64,000 nt of DNA from Eledone cirrhosa (taxonomy: Eukaryota). The stretch is taken from positions 277,016,001 to 277,080,000 of the forward strand of contig OZ024741.1 of NCBI GenBank assembly GCA_964016885.1, written 5' to 3'. The position numbers and the translations under genes are program-made. The notes beneath the pieces are model-generated. The model worked only from the letters and a program-made list of their open reading frames with translations, searched no databases and was not told the origin of the DNA. This document shows, piece after piece, positions 25,969-39,300 of this stretch. The number at the start of each line of letters is the position of its first letter. Within the stretch, counting starts at the first letter, position 1.

Positions 25969-26174
25969 GATAAATAGATACATACATACAGACAGACAGA
26001 CAAACAGACAGACATAAATTATAAAACCAGAAAAACATACATACATATGTATGTATGTATGTATAAATGTGTTTGTGTGTGTGTGTGTGTGTGTGTGCAT
26101 ACTGCATATACGCACACACACACATACATACACACCCACATACACACACATACATACACACACACACATACACA

Positions 26175-28195
26175 CACATACATACACATGTTGAAACACA
26201 TGATTTGGCCCAGTACACTTCATTCTACTTGACTCAGTTAGGTCAAACTAGCAACTATCGACAATGGCTAAGATTCTGTTGGATTGTTATTTGAGAAGTG
26301 AGAGATAGGCATGCGTCCCGTCCTATCCAAGTGGAAATTCATCTTTTATCCCCTTAACTGTTACATGCCTTACATCATTACAGCACATTACATCACACTA
26401 CACCACAGCACCACAATACATCACACCGCATTATATCAACACACCACACCACATAACAATACACCACACTACACTACATCACACCACACCCCGTCATACC
26501 AACATACCACCCCACAGCACCAGATTACAGCAACACACCACACTACATAAAATCACACCACAAGTAAATATCACACTACCAACACACAATACCACACTAT
26601 GCCTCACTACACCACATCACAATATACCACACCACCATACCGTAATACCACAACACTACAACACCAGACCACGCCACACCAACACACCATACCACACTAT
26701 ACCACACTACACCACACCACATCACAATATACCACACCACCATACCGTAATACCACAACACTACAACACCAGACCACGCCACACCAACACACCATACCAC
26801 ACTATACCACACTACACCACACCACATCACAATATACCACACCACCATACCGTAATACCACAACACTACAACACCAGACAACGCCACACCAACACACCAT
26901 ACCACACTATACCACACTACACCACACCACATCACAATATACCACACCACCATAGCGAAATACCACGACACTACAACACCAGACCACGCCACACCAACAC
27001 ACTATACCACTCCACACCATACCATCCCACACAACACCACACCACGCCACATCAATACACCATACCACACAACACCAGACCACGCCACACCAACACACCA
27101 TACCACACTATACCACACTACACCACACCACATCACAATATACCACACCACCATACCGTAATACCACAACACTACAACACCAGACCACGCCACACCAACA
27201 CACCATACCACACTATACCACACTACACCACACCACATCACAATATACCACACCACCATACCGTAATACCACAACACTACAACACCAGACAACGCCACAC
27301 CAACACACCATACCACACTATACCACACTACACCACACCACATCACAATATACCACACCACCATAGCGAAATACCACGACACTACAACACCAGACCACGC
27401 CACACCAACACACTATACCACTCCACACCATACCATCCCACACAACACCACACCACGCCACATCAATACACCATACCACACAACACCAGACCACGCCACA
27501 CCAACACACTATACCACACTATACCACTCCACACCATACCATACCATCTCACACAACACCACACCACGCCACATCAATACACCATACCACACAACACCAG
27601 ACCACGCCACACCAACACACTATACCACACTATACCACTCCACACCATGCCATACCATCCCACACAACACCACACCACGCCACATCAACACACCATACCA
27701 CACAACACCAGACCACGCCACACCAACACACTATACCACACTATACCACTCCACACCATGCCATTCTATCCCACACAACACCACTCCACGCCACATCAAC
27801 ACACCATACCACATTATGCTATACCACGCCACACCAACACACTATACCACACCACACAATACCACGTCATAGCACTCCACACAACACCACACCACACCAC
27901 ATCACAATACACCACACCACTCTACATCATTCAAGGAACCACACCACACCACACCATTCAGGGAGGAGAGGCGGCGTTTGTGGTTGCCTGTTGATGCAGC
28001 AAGTAACAAGTATTGGAATGTATGTCTGATGTCGCTGAGGTAGATTAAATCGATGAGGCTTAATAGAGGGGGGGGGGGGGTGTATTTATCGGTGGTGGTG
28101 GTGGTGGTGGTGGTGGTGATGGATTGTTGATCTCCATTCAATATAGATATGGTGGGGACATGACGATGGCTGTCTATATATATATATACATATAT
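26175..28195 (-). repeat. Right arm of inverted duplication; CACAC pentamer satellite with 105-bp unit and a 411-bp higher-order repeat
   Basis: 35-aa periodicity in ORF 26599-26955; marker CATAGCGAAATACCACGAC at 26951 and 27362. Confidence 0.92.
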
Positions 28196-28239
28196 ATATA
28201 ATATTATATTATATATACACACATATATATATAATATTA

Positions 28240-28380
28240 TAGCATAGTTACCTCCCTTTACGATCTGAGTTCAAATCCTGCCAAGGTTGACTTTGCCTTT
28301 CATCCTTACGGGGTCGATAAAATAAAGTACCAGTAATGTACTGGGTAATTGCTGGCCTTGTGCCAATAGTAGAAACAATT
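28240..28380 (+). mobile_element. SINE B
   Basis: Standard family motifs. Confidence 0.8.
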
Positions 28381-28420
28381 ACATAATATTATATATATAT
28401 ATAAATATATAAAATATTAT

Positions 28421-28460
<40 letters not shown>

Positions 28461-28836
28461 ACATCCGAGACTGTGGTGTCTACGTGATTCTCTTTGCGTG
28501 CGTGTGTATGGTGGTGTGGTTCCATGTTAAAGATGGTTTATAAAGTTAGTGTTGTTGGTAGTGGTGGTGGTGGTGGTGGTGGTGGTGGTGGTGGTGGTGA
28601 TGGTGGCAATCCGCTTTCCACTACATTTAATCATAACCTCACCAGCACCCTCTCCCCCACTTCCACCCCTATTTTCATATTCTCTTCTAGCATTCTCTCA
28701 GAGACAGCAAGAGGGGAACGATGGAACGAGACAGAGAGAGTGCAAGAAAGTGATGGAGAAAGAAAGAGAGTGAGAGAGAGAGAGTGATGTAGGGAGAGAG
28801 AGAATGGTGCGGAGAGAGAGAGGATAGAGAGAGAGA

Positions 28837-28912
<76 letters not shown>

Positions 28913-29469
28913 TTCTATCTTTGTGTGAAAACCACACTATTTCCGGATTATTATTCACATACTTAGTTAACACAACAACCATGTGATTTAATAGTTATGA
29001 ACACAAATGTAAATTTTCAACCAGAAACAGAAGATAAAAGCAGTTGTCAATAAAAGCTTTCTTTCTTCTACCGAGTTGATTGTCACTGAAATCTTCACAT
29101 TCGTAGGACAGGCGACTGCTATACTTACAAACGACAATGCTATTTTTGTCCCAAACAATTATGTTTCGATTTGCCGAAAGGTTTGATGAGACTGTTTGTA
29201 ACCAGAGCCAGTGTCTGTGTTTAGCGCCCTGGGCTTGTTTCAAAATGTGTGACCCTACTTCCAGTCCTTCCAATTCCCTTGGGGCCCAGCTGTCAACCTC
29301 CTCACGGTGAACCCTAGAAACTAATCACTGATCTATGATCTCGATCAGGCGAACGACAACAACCTAAGACATCGACAATCTCATGTGTAAGAAAGAAACC
29401 ACATTATCCCCCATTACAATAGTGCTTGACACTTATTTCTTTGAGCACACAAAGTTGTATTGCTGTTGT

Positions 29470-31140
29470 TGCTGATGATGTTGGTAGTGGTGGTGTTAGT
29501 GGTGGTGTTGGTGGGGTTGGTGGGGTGGTGGGGATGGTGGTGGTGTTGGTAGTGGTTGTGTTGGTGGTGATGTTGGTGGGGTTGGTGGGGTAGGTGGGGA
29601 TGGTGTTGGTGTTGGTAGTGGTTGTGTTGGTGGTGATGTTGGTGGGGTTGGTGGGATAGGTGGGGATGGTGTTGGTGTTGGTAGTGGTGGTGTTAGTGGT
29701 GGTGTTGGTGGGGTGGTGGGGTGGTGGTGGTGTTGGTAGTGGTTGTGTTGGTGGTGTTGTTGGTGGGGTTGGTGGGGGGCATGTTGGTGGTGTTGGTAGT
29801 GGTGGTGTTAGTGGTGGTGTTGGTGGGGTTGGTGGGGTGGTGGGGATGGTGATGGTGTTGGTAGTGGTTGTGTTGGTGGTGATGTTGGTGGGGTTGGTGG
29901 GGTGGATGGTGTTGGTGTTGGTAGTGGTGGTGTTAGTGGTGGTGTTGGTGGGGTGGTGGGGATGGTGGTGGTGTTGGTGGGGTGGTGGGGTAGGTGGGGA
30001 TGGTGGTGGTGTTGGTAGTGGTTGTGTTGGTGGTGTTGTTGGTGGGGTTGGTGGGGTGCTGGGCATGTTGGTGGTGTTGGTAGTGGTGGTGTTAGTGGTG
30101 GTGTTGGTGGGGTTGGTGGGGTGGTGGGGATGGAGGTGGTGTTGGTAGTGGTGGTGTTAGTGGTGGTGTTGGTGGGGTGGTGGGGATGGTGGTGGTGTTG
30201 GTAGTGGTTGTGTTGGTGGTGATGTTGGTGGGTTGGTGTGGTAGGTGGGGATGGTGGTGGTGGTGGTGGTAGTGGTGGTGTTAGTGGTGGTGTTGGTGGG
30301 GTGGTAGGGATGGTGGTGGTGTTGGTAGTGGTTGTGTTGGTGGTGTTGTTGGTGGGGTTGGTGGGGTAGGCATGGATGGTGGTGGTGTAGGTAGTGGTGG
30401 TGTTGGTGGTGGTGTTGGTGGGGTTGGTGGGGTGGTGGGGATGGTGGTGGTGTTGGTAGTGGTAGTGTTGGTGGTGTTGTTGGTGGGGTTGGTGGGGTAG
30501 GTGGGGATGGTGGTGGTGTTTATAGTGGTGGTGTTGGTGGTGATGTTGGTGTGTGTGTGTGTGGGTGGGTGGGTGGGGGGGGGGGTTGTATCGGTAGGTA
30601 GTGGTGGTGTTAGTGGTGGTGTTGGTAATGGTGGTGTTGCTGGTGGTGGTGGTGGTAGCGGTGGTGGGAGAGGGTTGGTAATGGTGGTGGCGGCTGTGGT
30701 AGTGGTAATGGTGATGGTGGTGGTGGTGGTGGTGGGGTTGGTAGTGGTGGTGGGGTTGGTAGTAGTGGTGGGGTTGGTAGTAGTGGTTTGGTGGTGGTGT
30801 TAGTGGTGTTGGTGGTGGTCTTGGTCGTGTTGGTGGTGTTGGTGGTGGTGTTGGTGGTGGTGTTGGTGGTGTTGGAGGTGTTGGTGGTGGTGTTGGTGGT
30901 GTTGGTGGTGTTGGTGGTGGTGTTGGTGGTGTTGGTGGTGGTGTTGGTGGTGTTGGTGGTGTTGGTGGTGGTGTTGGTGATGTTGGTGGTGGTGTTGGTG
31001 GAGTTGGTGGTGGTGTACGTGGTGGTGTTGGTGGTGTTGGTGGTGTACGTGGTGGTGTACGTGGTGGTGTTGGTGGTGTAGGTGGTGTTGGTGGTGGTGC
31101 TGGTGGGGTTGGTGGTGGTGTACGTGGTGGTGGTGGTGGT
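29470..31140. repeat. Degenerate (GGT)n/(GTT)n G-rich satellite
   Basis: Directly visible. Confidence 0.9.
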
Positions 31141-31399
31141 GGAGATGATATCAGTGCTAGATGATCGGGATAAAATTGCTGTGAGTATTAGTTGGGTGCT
31201 AATACGGAGGCGGAGGTGGTAGTGGTGGTTGTGTTGGTGGTAGTAGACATGGTAGTAGCAGTGATGGTGTAGGTGATAGTAGTTGTGGTATTGGTGAAGT
31301 TGCTGCTGGTATAGGTGTTAGTAGAGATAGTGGTAGTGACGAAGGTGGTGATGTTAATGGTGTTGGTGGTAGCGGATATAGTAGTGGTGTTGGAGGTGA

Positions 31400-33425
31400 T
31401 GATGGTGGTGGTGTGTGTTGTAGTGAAAATAGTGGTGATAATAGTGGCATTGGAGTGGTAGTGGAGATAGTAGTGTTGCTGGAGGTGGAAATGGTGGTGG
31501 TGTGTGTTGTAATGAAAATAGTGGTGATAGTAGTGGCATTGGAGTGGTAGTCGAGATAGTAATGGTGCTTGAGGTGGAAATGGTCGTGGTGTGTGTTGTA
31601 GTGAAAATAGTAGTGATAGTAGTGGCATTGGAGTGGTAGTGGAGGTAGTAGTGGTGCTGGAGGTGGAAATGGTGGTGGTGTGTGTTGTAGTGAAAATAGT
31701 AGTGATAGTACGGGCATTGGAGTGGTAGTGGAGGTAGGAGTGGTGCTGGAGGTGGAAATGGTGGTGGTGTGTGTTGTAGTGAGAATAGTGGTGATAGTAG
31801 TGGCATTGGAGTGGTAGTGGAGATAGTAGTGGTGCTGGAGGTGGCAATGGTGGTGGTGTGTGTTGTAGTGAAAATAGTGGCGATAGTAGTGGCATTGGAG
31901 TGGTAGTGGAGATAGTAGTGGTGCTGGAGGTGGAAATGGTGGTGGTGTGTGTTGTAGTGAAAATAGTGGTGATAGTAGTGGCATTGGAGTGGTAGTGGCG
32001 ATAGTAGTGGTGCTGGAGGTGGCAATGGTGGTGTGTGTTGTAGTGAAAATAGTGGTGATAGTAGTGGCATTGGAGTGGTAGTGGCGATAGTAGTGGTGCT
32101 GGAGGTGGCAATGGTGGTGGCGTGTGTTGTAGTGAAAATAGTGGTGATAGTAGTGGCATTGGAGTGGTAGTGGAGATAGTAGTGGTGCTGGAGGTGGAAA
32201 TGGTAGTGTTGTGTGTTGTAGTGAAAATAGTGGTGATAGTAGTGGTAGTGGAGGTAGTAGTGGTGCTGGAGGTGGAAATGGTGGTGGTGTGTGTTGTAGT
32301 GAAAATAGTGGTGATAGTAGTGGCATTGGAGTGGTAGTGGAGGTAGTAGTGGTGCTGGAGGTGGAAATGGTGGTGGTGTGTGTTGTAGTGAGAATAGTGG
32401 TGATAGTAGTGGCATTGGAGTGGTAGTGGCGATAGTAGTGGTGCTGGAGGTGGCAATGGTGGTGGTGTGTGTTGTAGTGAAAATTATGGTGATAGTAGTG
32501 GCATTGGAGTGGCAGTGGCGATAGTAGTGGTGCTGGAGGTAGAAATGATGGTGGTGAGTGTTATAGTGAAAATAGTGGTGATTTTAGTGGCATTGGAGTG
32601 GTAGTGGAGGTAGTAGTGGTGCTGGAGGTGGAAATGGTGGTGGTGTGTGTTGTAATGAAAATAGTGGTGATAGTAGTGGCATTGGAGTGGTAGTGGAGGT
32701 AGTAGTGGTGCTGGAGGTGGAAATGGTGGTGGTGTGTGTTGTAATGAAAATAGTGGTGATAGTAGTGGCATTGGAGTGGTAGTGGAGATAGTAGTGGTGC
32801 TGGAGGTGGAAATGGTGGTGGTGTGTGTTGTAGTAAAAATAGTGGTGATAGTAGTGGCATTGGAGTGGTAGTGGAGATAGTAGTGGTGCTGGAGGTGGAA
32901 ATGGTGGTGGTGTGTGTTGTAGTGAAAATAGTGGTGATAGTAGTGGCATTGGAGTGGTAGTGGAGGTAGTAGTGGTGCTGGAGGTGGAAATGGTGGTGGT
33001 GTGTGTTGTAGTGAAAATAGTGGTGATAGTAGTGGCATTGGAGTGGTAGTGGAGGTAGTAGTGGTGCTGGAGGTGGAAATGGTGGTGGTGTGTGTTGTAG
33101 TGAAAATAGTGGTGATAGTAGTGGCATTGGAGTGGTAGTGGCGATAGTAGTGGTGCTGGAGGTAGAAATGATGGTGGTGAGTGTTATAGTGAAAATAGTG
33201 GTGATTTTAGTGGCATTGGAGTGGTAGTGGAGGTAGTAGTGGTGCTGGAGGTGGAAATGGTGGTGGTGTGTGTTGTAGTGAAAATAGTGGTGATAGTAGT
33301 GGCATTGGAGTGGTAGTGGAGGTAGGAGTGGTGCTGGAGGTGGAAATGGTGGTGGTGTGTGTTGTAGTGAAAATAGTGGTGATAGTAGTGGCATTGGAGT
33401 GGTAGTAGAGATAGTTGTGGTGCTG
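31400..33425. repeat. 89-bp minisatellite, about 22 copies
   Basis: Unit GTGGTGGTGTGTGTTGTAGTGAAAATAGTGGTGATAGTAGTGGCATTGGAGTGGTAGTGGAGRTAGTAGTGGTGCTGGAGGTGGAAATG; identical ORF starts at 32949 and 33038 give a period of 89. Confidence 0.93.
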
Positions 33426-34550
33426 GAGAGGGAGGTGGTAGGCTGTGGATGGTAGTGGATATAGTAGTGGTGCTGGAGGTGGTGCTGGTGGTATTGTGGG
33501 TGGTAGTGGCATTGGTGTGGTAGTGATGCTGGAGCTGGTGCTGGTGGTATTGTGGGTGGTAGTGGCATTGGAGTGGTAGTGGTGCTGGAGGTGGTGCTGG
33601 TGGTATTGTGGGTGGTAGTGGCATTGAAGTGGTAGTGGTGCTGGTGGTAATGTGGGTGGCAGTGGAGATAGTAGTCGTGTTAGAGGTGGTGATTGGTGTG
33701 GTCTGTGTGGTAGTGGTGCTGGCAGCGCTGATGGTTGTATTGTGGCTGGTAGTGGTGATAGTAGTAGTGTGGGTGGTAGTGGGGAGGATTATAATGGTGG
33801 TGGTGGTGGTGGTGGTGTGGGTTATTGTGGAGATCGTAGAGGTGCTTGAGGTGATGGTGGTGGTGTGGGTGGTAGTAGGAAGATAGTGGTGCACATATTT
33901 CAAGAGATAGTAATGGTGTAGGTGGTAGAGGTGCGAGTGGTTATGGTGGTGGTGTAGGTGGTAGTAGTGAAGATGGAAGTCGTGGTGGTGGTAGTGCTGT
34001 GGGTGGTAGAGGTGTGAGTGTTTATGGTGGTGGTGTGGGTGGTAGTAATGAAGATGGAAGTGGTGCTGGTGCTGGTGATAGTGGTGGTAGCTGTGGTGGT
34101 GGTAGTAGTATAGTATGTGGGTGATAGTGGTGTGAGTGGTTATGGTGGTGGTGGTGGTGGTGGTGGTAATGGTGGTGGTGGTGATGGTGGTGGTGGTGGT
34201 AGTAGTAGTTACTGTGGTAGTGGTGGTGGTGGTGGTGGTGGTGGTGGTGGTAGTGGTGGTGGTAGTGGTGGTGGTGGTGGTGGTGGTGGTGGTGGTGTGG
34301 TGGTGGTAGTAATTACTGTGGTAGTGGTGGTGGTAGTGGTGGTGGTAGTGGTGGTAGTGGTGGTAGTGGTGGTAGTGGTGGTGGTAGTGGTGGTGGTAGT
34401 AGAGGTGGTGGTGGTGGTGGTAGTAGAGGTGGTGGTGGTGGTAGTGGTGGTAGTAGTGGTGGTGGTGGTGTTAGTAGTGGTGGTGGTAGTGGTGGTGGTA
34501 GAGGTGGTGGTGGTGGTGGTGGTAGAGGTGGTCGTGGTGGTGGTAGTGGT
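33425..34550. repeat. (GGT)n/(AGT)n low-complexity tract
   Basis: Directly visible. Confidence 0.9.
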
Positions 34551-34839
34551 ATCCGTGTCATAGGTAAGGCAGGCATAGAACAAGAAGATTCCATTGATAT
34601 GCAAATATTTCCTTGTCTGACTCGTTCCAGAAATGTCTAATCGCTTTCTCAACATGGGGAAATTTCAATGGGAATTTTTCAGCTACACCCTCCTCACCCC
34701 ACACCACGTGTCCCCTACTCCCTATCTCACCTCCTCCTTCCTCCCCCCCTCTCTCTACCCCGACAAGCGCGCCTCTCTCTGCGTGTGATTGTCTTACAGT
34801 GCTGTGCTGTTGTTGCCGTACATGCTGTTACTGTTACTT

Positions 34840-35580
34840 TGTTGTTGTTGTTGTTGTTGATTCTGTTGATGTTATTGATGCTGTTGTAGTTGTTGTTGTT
34901 GATGTTGATTCTGTTGATATTATTGATGCTGTTGTAGTTGTTGTTGTTGTTGATGTTGATTCTGTTGATATTATTGATGCTGTTGTAGTTGTTGTTGTTA
35001 ATGTTGTTGTTGTTGTTGTTGATTCTGTTGATGTTATTGATGCTGTTGTAGTTGTTGTTGTTGTTGATGTTGATTCTGTTGATATTATTGATGCTGTTGT
35101 AGTTGTTGTTGTTAATGTTGTTGTTGTTGTTGTTGATTCTGTTGATGTTATTGATGCTGTTGTAGTTGTTGTTGATGTTGATTCTGTTGATGTTATTGAT
35201 GCTGTTGTAGTTGTTGTTGTTGTTAATGTTGTTGTTGGTGTTGTTGATTCTGTTGATGTTATTGATGCTGTTGTAGTTGTTGTTGTTGTTAATGTTGTTA
35301 TTGTTGTTGTTGATGCTATTATTATTGTTGTTGTTGGTGGTGCTGTTGTTAATATCGTTACTGTTGTTGCCCTTGTTATTTTTGTTATCGTTATTGTTGT
35401 ATATGTTGTTGTTGTTGCTGTCGCTGTTGTTATTGTTGCTGTTGTTATTGTTGCTAATGTTGTTGTTATTGCAGTTGTACTGTTGTTGTTGTTTTTGCTG
35501 TTCTATTGTTACCACCATTATCACCATCACCACCATCATTATTATCACCACCACCATCATCATCATCACCATCATTATTA
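34840..35580. repeat. (GTT)n-based minisatellite with recurring GATTCTGTTGATRTTATTGATGCTGTTGTAG
   Basis: About 8 copies of the motif separated by variable (GTT)n. Confidence 0.9.
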
Positions 35581-35587
35581 TTAATCA

Positions 35588-35728
35588 GTAGAGTTATGGC
35601 CCTTTACGTTCTGAGTTAAAATCCCACCGAGTTTAACTTTGCCTTTCATCCTTACGGGGTCAATAAAATAAAGTACCAGTAATGTACTGAGTAATTTGCT
35701 GGCCTTGTGCCAAACGTAGAAACAATTA
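35588..35728 (+). mobile_element. SINE B
   Basis: Standard family motifs. Confidence 0.8.
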
Positions 35729-35772
35729 TTAGTGATGTTGTTGTTCATGTAGACTTTATTGTTGTTAATGTT

Positions 35773-35813
<41 letters not shown>

Positions 35814-35832
35814 TGTAGTAGTAGTAGTAGTT

Positions 35833-35867
<35 letters not shown>

Positions 35868-36122
35868 TGTTGTTGCTGTTGTTGTTAGATACCTTCTCGT
35901 CCCACCACATGTGAGTCATGTAATTAAAAAAAGACATAATGTTTGCCTAAGTGACGACACCATGTATCATACAAAGGTACGTATTACGTCATACACACAC
36001 ACACACATACACATGTATACATACACGTAGGCGTACATACCAAATATACATATATACACATTCATGCACACAGAAGCGTACATATATGCATATACATATA
36101 CACATGCATACACTTACACTCC

Positions 36123-36159
<37 letters not shown>

Positions 36160-36317
36160 AGAGGTGCATATTTACAATTGTGTTTAGATATGCAGCTATG
36201 CATAAATATTCAGGAACATGAAGATGCAAGTATGTATATGTGTGTGCATGTGAATATGTGTGTTTATGTGTATGTTTTTGTATACATACACACACACACA
36301 CACACATATATATACAT

Positions 36318-36377
<60 letters not shown>

Positions 36378-36383
36378 CATAAT

Positions 36384-39300
36384 GGTTTCTTTATTGGCTA
36401 CAAGGGCTAACATGAAGAAAAACATTACAGACGGCACAGAACGGTACAGGACGATAGAAAGTGGGTTTTGGCCGTGTAAAAAGGTTATCACAAGAAAATA
36501 GAAATGTGTAAAAACAAATCAAAAATTCAAACAAAAATTCCCCAATAGGGAGGAAACCTCCGAAAGTCACTCGTGGCGAAAACCACACAAAAGACCACGG
36601 CCACCCTGACCACCGGCAAGCGCCCTCTCTCAGCTTTCCCACTCCTCAGTCTACAGGCGCATACTCAGAGCGGGCCCGTTCATTCGGACCAGACTCGCCA
36701 CTTTCACCCACCTTTCAACAAACTTACTAGAAGACAGCACTTGCCTCTCCACCCTGATTTTCCTCTTCAAGTAAAACTTGAAAAAGTTAATCAGGGATTG
36801 GCCGGAGAGGAGAGTGTCCGTCTTCAGCCCTTTCAACCTTGTTCAGCACAGAATCTCTTTCGCCATGGACACCAGGCAGATGAAAACTGCCTGCCCTCCC
36901 TCCTCTTTGAAGGAGGATGGCGGGGCTATCTGCACAATGGACTCAGTCGATAACCGGATCCGTTCTACACGCGACAGCAGCTGTTCGACATAGCTCCGCA
37001 AGTCAGCAATCCTCGGGCACTGAACGAGTGCGTGCAGGACGGATTCGTCGCCCTGCGCGCATCTCAGACAGGCTCGGCTGACAGCACTTCCGTGCCTGTA
37101 GAGTTTATCCCGAACCGGCAACGCTCCCCGGTAGCACTGCCAGGCCAGGGATTTCTGGAAGTTGTCCATAGGCCCCGGTCTGAAAGTTCTCTTAAAGAGA
37201 GCGAACAGCTGAACGTCTTCGACGCCCAGGGTCTCCCTGAGAACGTCGTCGCTCTTTCCCTCCACTAGCCCTCTATAGAATGCCGAGGTGGATGTTCCAC
37301 AGATACTAGTTCCCAACTGGTAGACGGCGGTGAGCGCTTGGAGACATTCCAGCTTCCAAGCGCTATGCCTCGGTCTTTTCCTGATCCAGGACTGCAGCTC
37401 CGTCAAGGAGTGTTTGACAGCAAATGTGTTGACAGCAAATGGATCGTCTGACCATGGGAGCACGTCCCTTCCCCAAAAAAGCAGAAGAGAAGGCGCTCCA
37501 TTTTGGTCAGAGTTGGACGGGGGCAAGGTACGACGGTCAGGCAGTAGCAGATGACGGACGCGATGTACGAATTCGCCACCTCCGCCCGACCTTTCAGAGA
37601 CAGCCTCCTCTCGGCCCATTTCTGGGTGAGAGAGGCCACCCTGCTCGTCACCTCGCTCCAGTTTTTCTCAGCAATTTAACCGGTCCTTCCGTCCAGCGCC
37701 CCACGACGCTGTCTTGCCTCTCCAGGTGCCGAGTTGCAGGCCCACCGACTTTTCCTGGTTTATCTTTGCTCCTGCCACCGCTTCGTATTCCTTGAGAGTG
37801 GTGCCGAGCATCTGGACGTGTTTGGTGCTCGACGCCACCAGGGTGACATCGTCAGCGTAAGCTGACACGGATCTCCCGCATCCCAGTTCACGTGGGACCC
37901 CCTTCATCGTCTCCAGTTTGTGCAGTAACGGCTCGAGAGCCAGTACGTACAAGAGGGACGAGAGGGGGCAACCCTGGAGGACCGAGTGCATGATGCTGAA
38001 AGGCTGCGACAGGTGACCATTCACCCTCACAATCGAGCAGATGTCGCTGTGCATCGCAGCGATCCAGACCCTAAAAATGGTCCCGAAGCCGGCCGCAGCC
38101 AAGTACCGATTGTCGATCCTATCAGATGCCTTAGATTGATCCAAGTTCCTTAACCACCTCTCTATGATGTATCGCATGAGATGGAGGCTGTCGTGGATGG
38201 ATCTGTCCGGAATGGTGCATGTGTGCGCCTCTCCCACCAGATCACCGACGACAAGCGCCAATCTCTTTGCTAACTCCTTGGCCAAAATCTTAAACTCTGC
38301 GTTTAACAGAGTTAAGGGCCTGAAGTTGTCTATAACGTCCCCCTTGTTCGGGTTTTTTCTCAGCAGCGCCACCGCTCCCCGGCTCACAAAACTGGGAATG
38401 TCCCGTTCTGCTGCCAGTTGCAGTAGACATCTGCCAAGAGGTCGCCGAACAATTCTGGCATATACGCATAAAGCTCGTAGGGCAGACCATCCAAACCTGG
38501 CGATTTCCCCCTCGTGCAGTCAGACATCGCTTACCGTATTTCACCTGCTGTTATCGGGTTTTCGCAGCACTGCGTTGCGGTCGTCGAGAGCCGCGGCAGT
38601 CCAGCGAGTATGCACCGAAGTCCATACTCCAATCAGTCCCGCCACCGCTCCCGAACAATTGAGCAAAGTGCTGTTTAAAAGCCGCACACATCTGCTCGGG
38701 TTCGAGTAACATGCGCCCGTTTTGATCAGGAAAAGACCGAATTGTGGACGTGTTGCCACGTCGCGCCTCCACCACCCGGGCCCATTGAACGGCTTTCTTC
38801 TCCTCGTGTCTTAGACCACGCACTCTAGCTCTGACAACGCAACCTTCATGCTTTGCGTTGAAGAATTGGTAGAGTGCCAATCTCGCCACAAGCATGTCGG
38901 TTGCGATGCCTGTCCTAAATGCCTCTTCTAGCTTTCTAACTCTATTTTCCTCTATCACTACTCCTTTGCTAAACCTTATCGATTCTACTCTAATAGCCCT
39001 TTTCAGGGTAAACCACCACCTGTTGTTGACGATCGCACCCGTCAACGCACGCTTAACTAATTCGCTAATCCGGTCTCTCTAAGCTTTGCGCGCCGGGAAC
39101 GACGCGTTCAGCTTCCAGTAGCCGGGCCCTTGCCTACGGAGTCTATCTAAGTTAACTTCACAGATCACAAATTTGTGGTCCGTGTAATCGACTACTTTAA
39201 ATTGTCGACAGCCTACACTAGCCTTGTCTGTTTCCCTACAGAATACCCTATCTAAATACGATCTGGATGACCCGATGCCGTTTGCCCATGTCTACGTTGG

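Noticed and set aside
31400-33425. CRISPR-like array
   Set aside because: Units are contiguous with no unique spacers, the context is eukaryotic, and there are no cas genes.
34613-35584. Val/Asp- or Asn-rich protein
   Set aside because: (GTT)n-derived minisatellite open on both strands.
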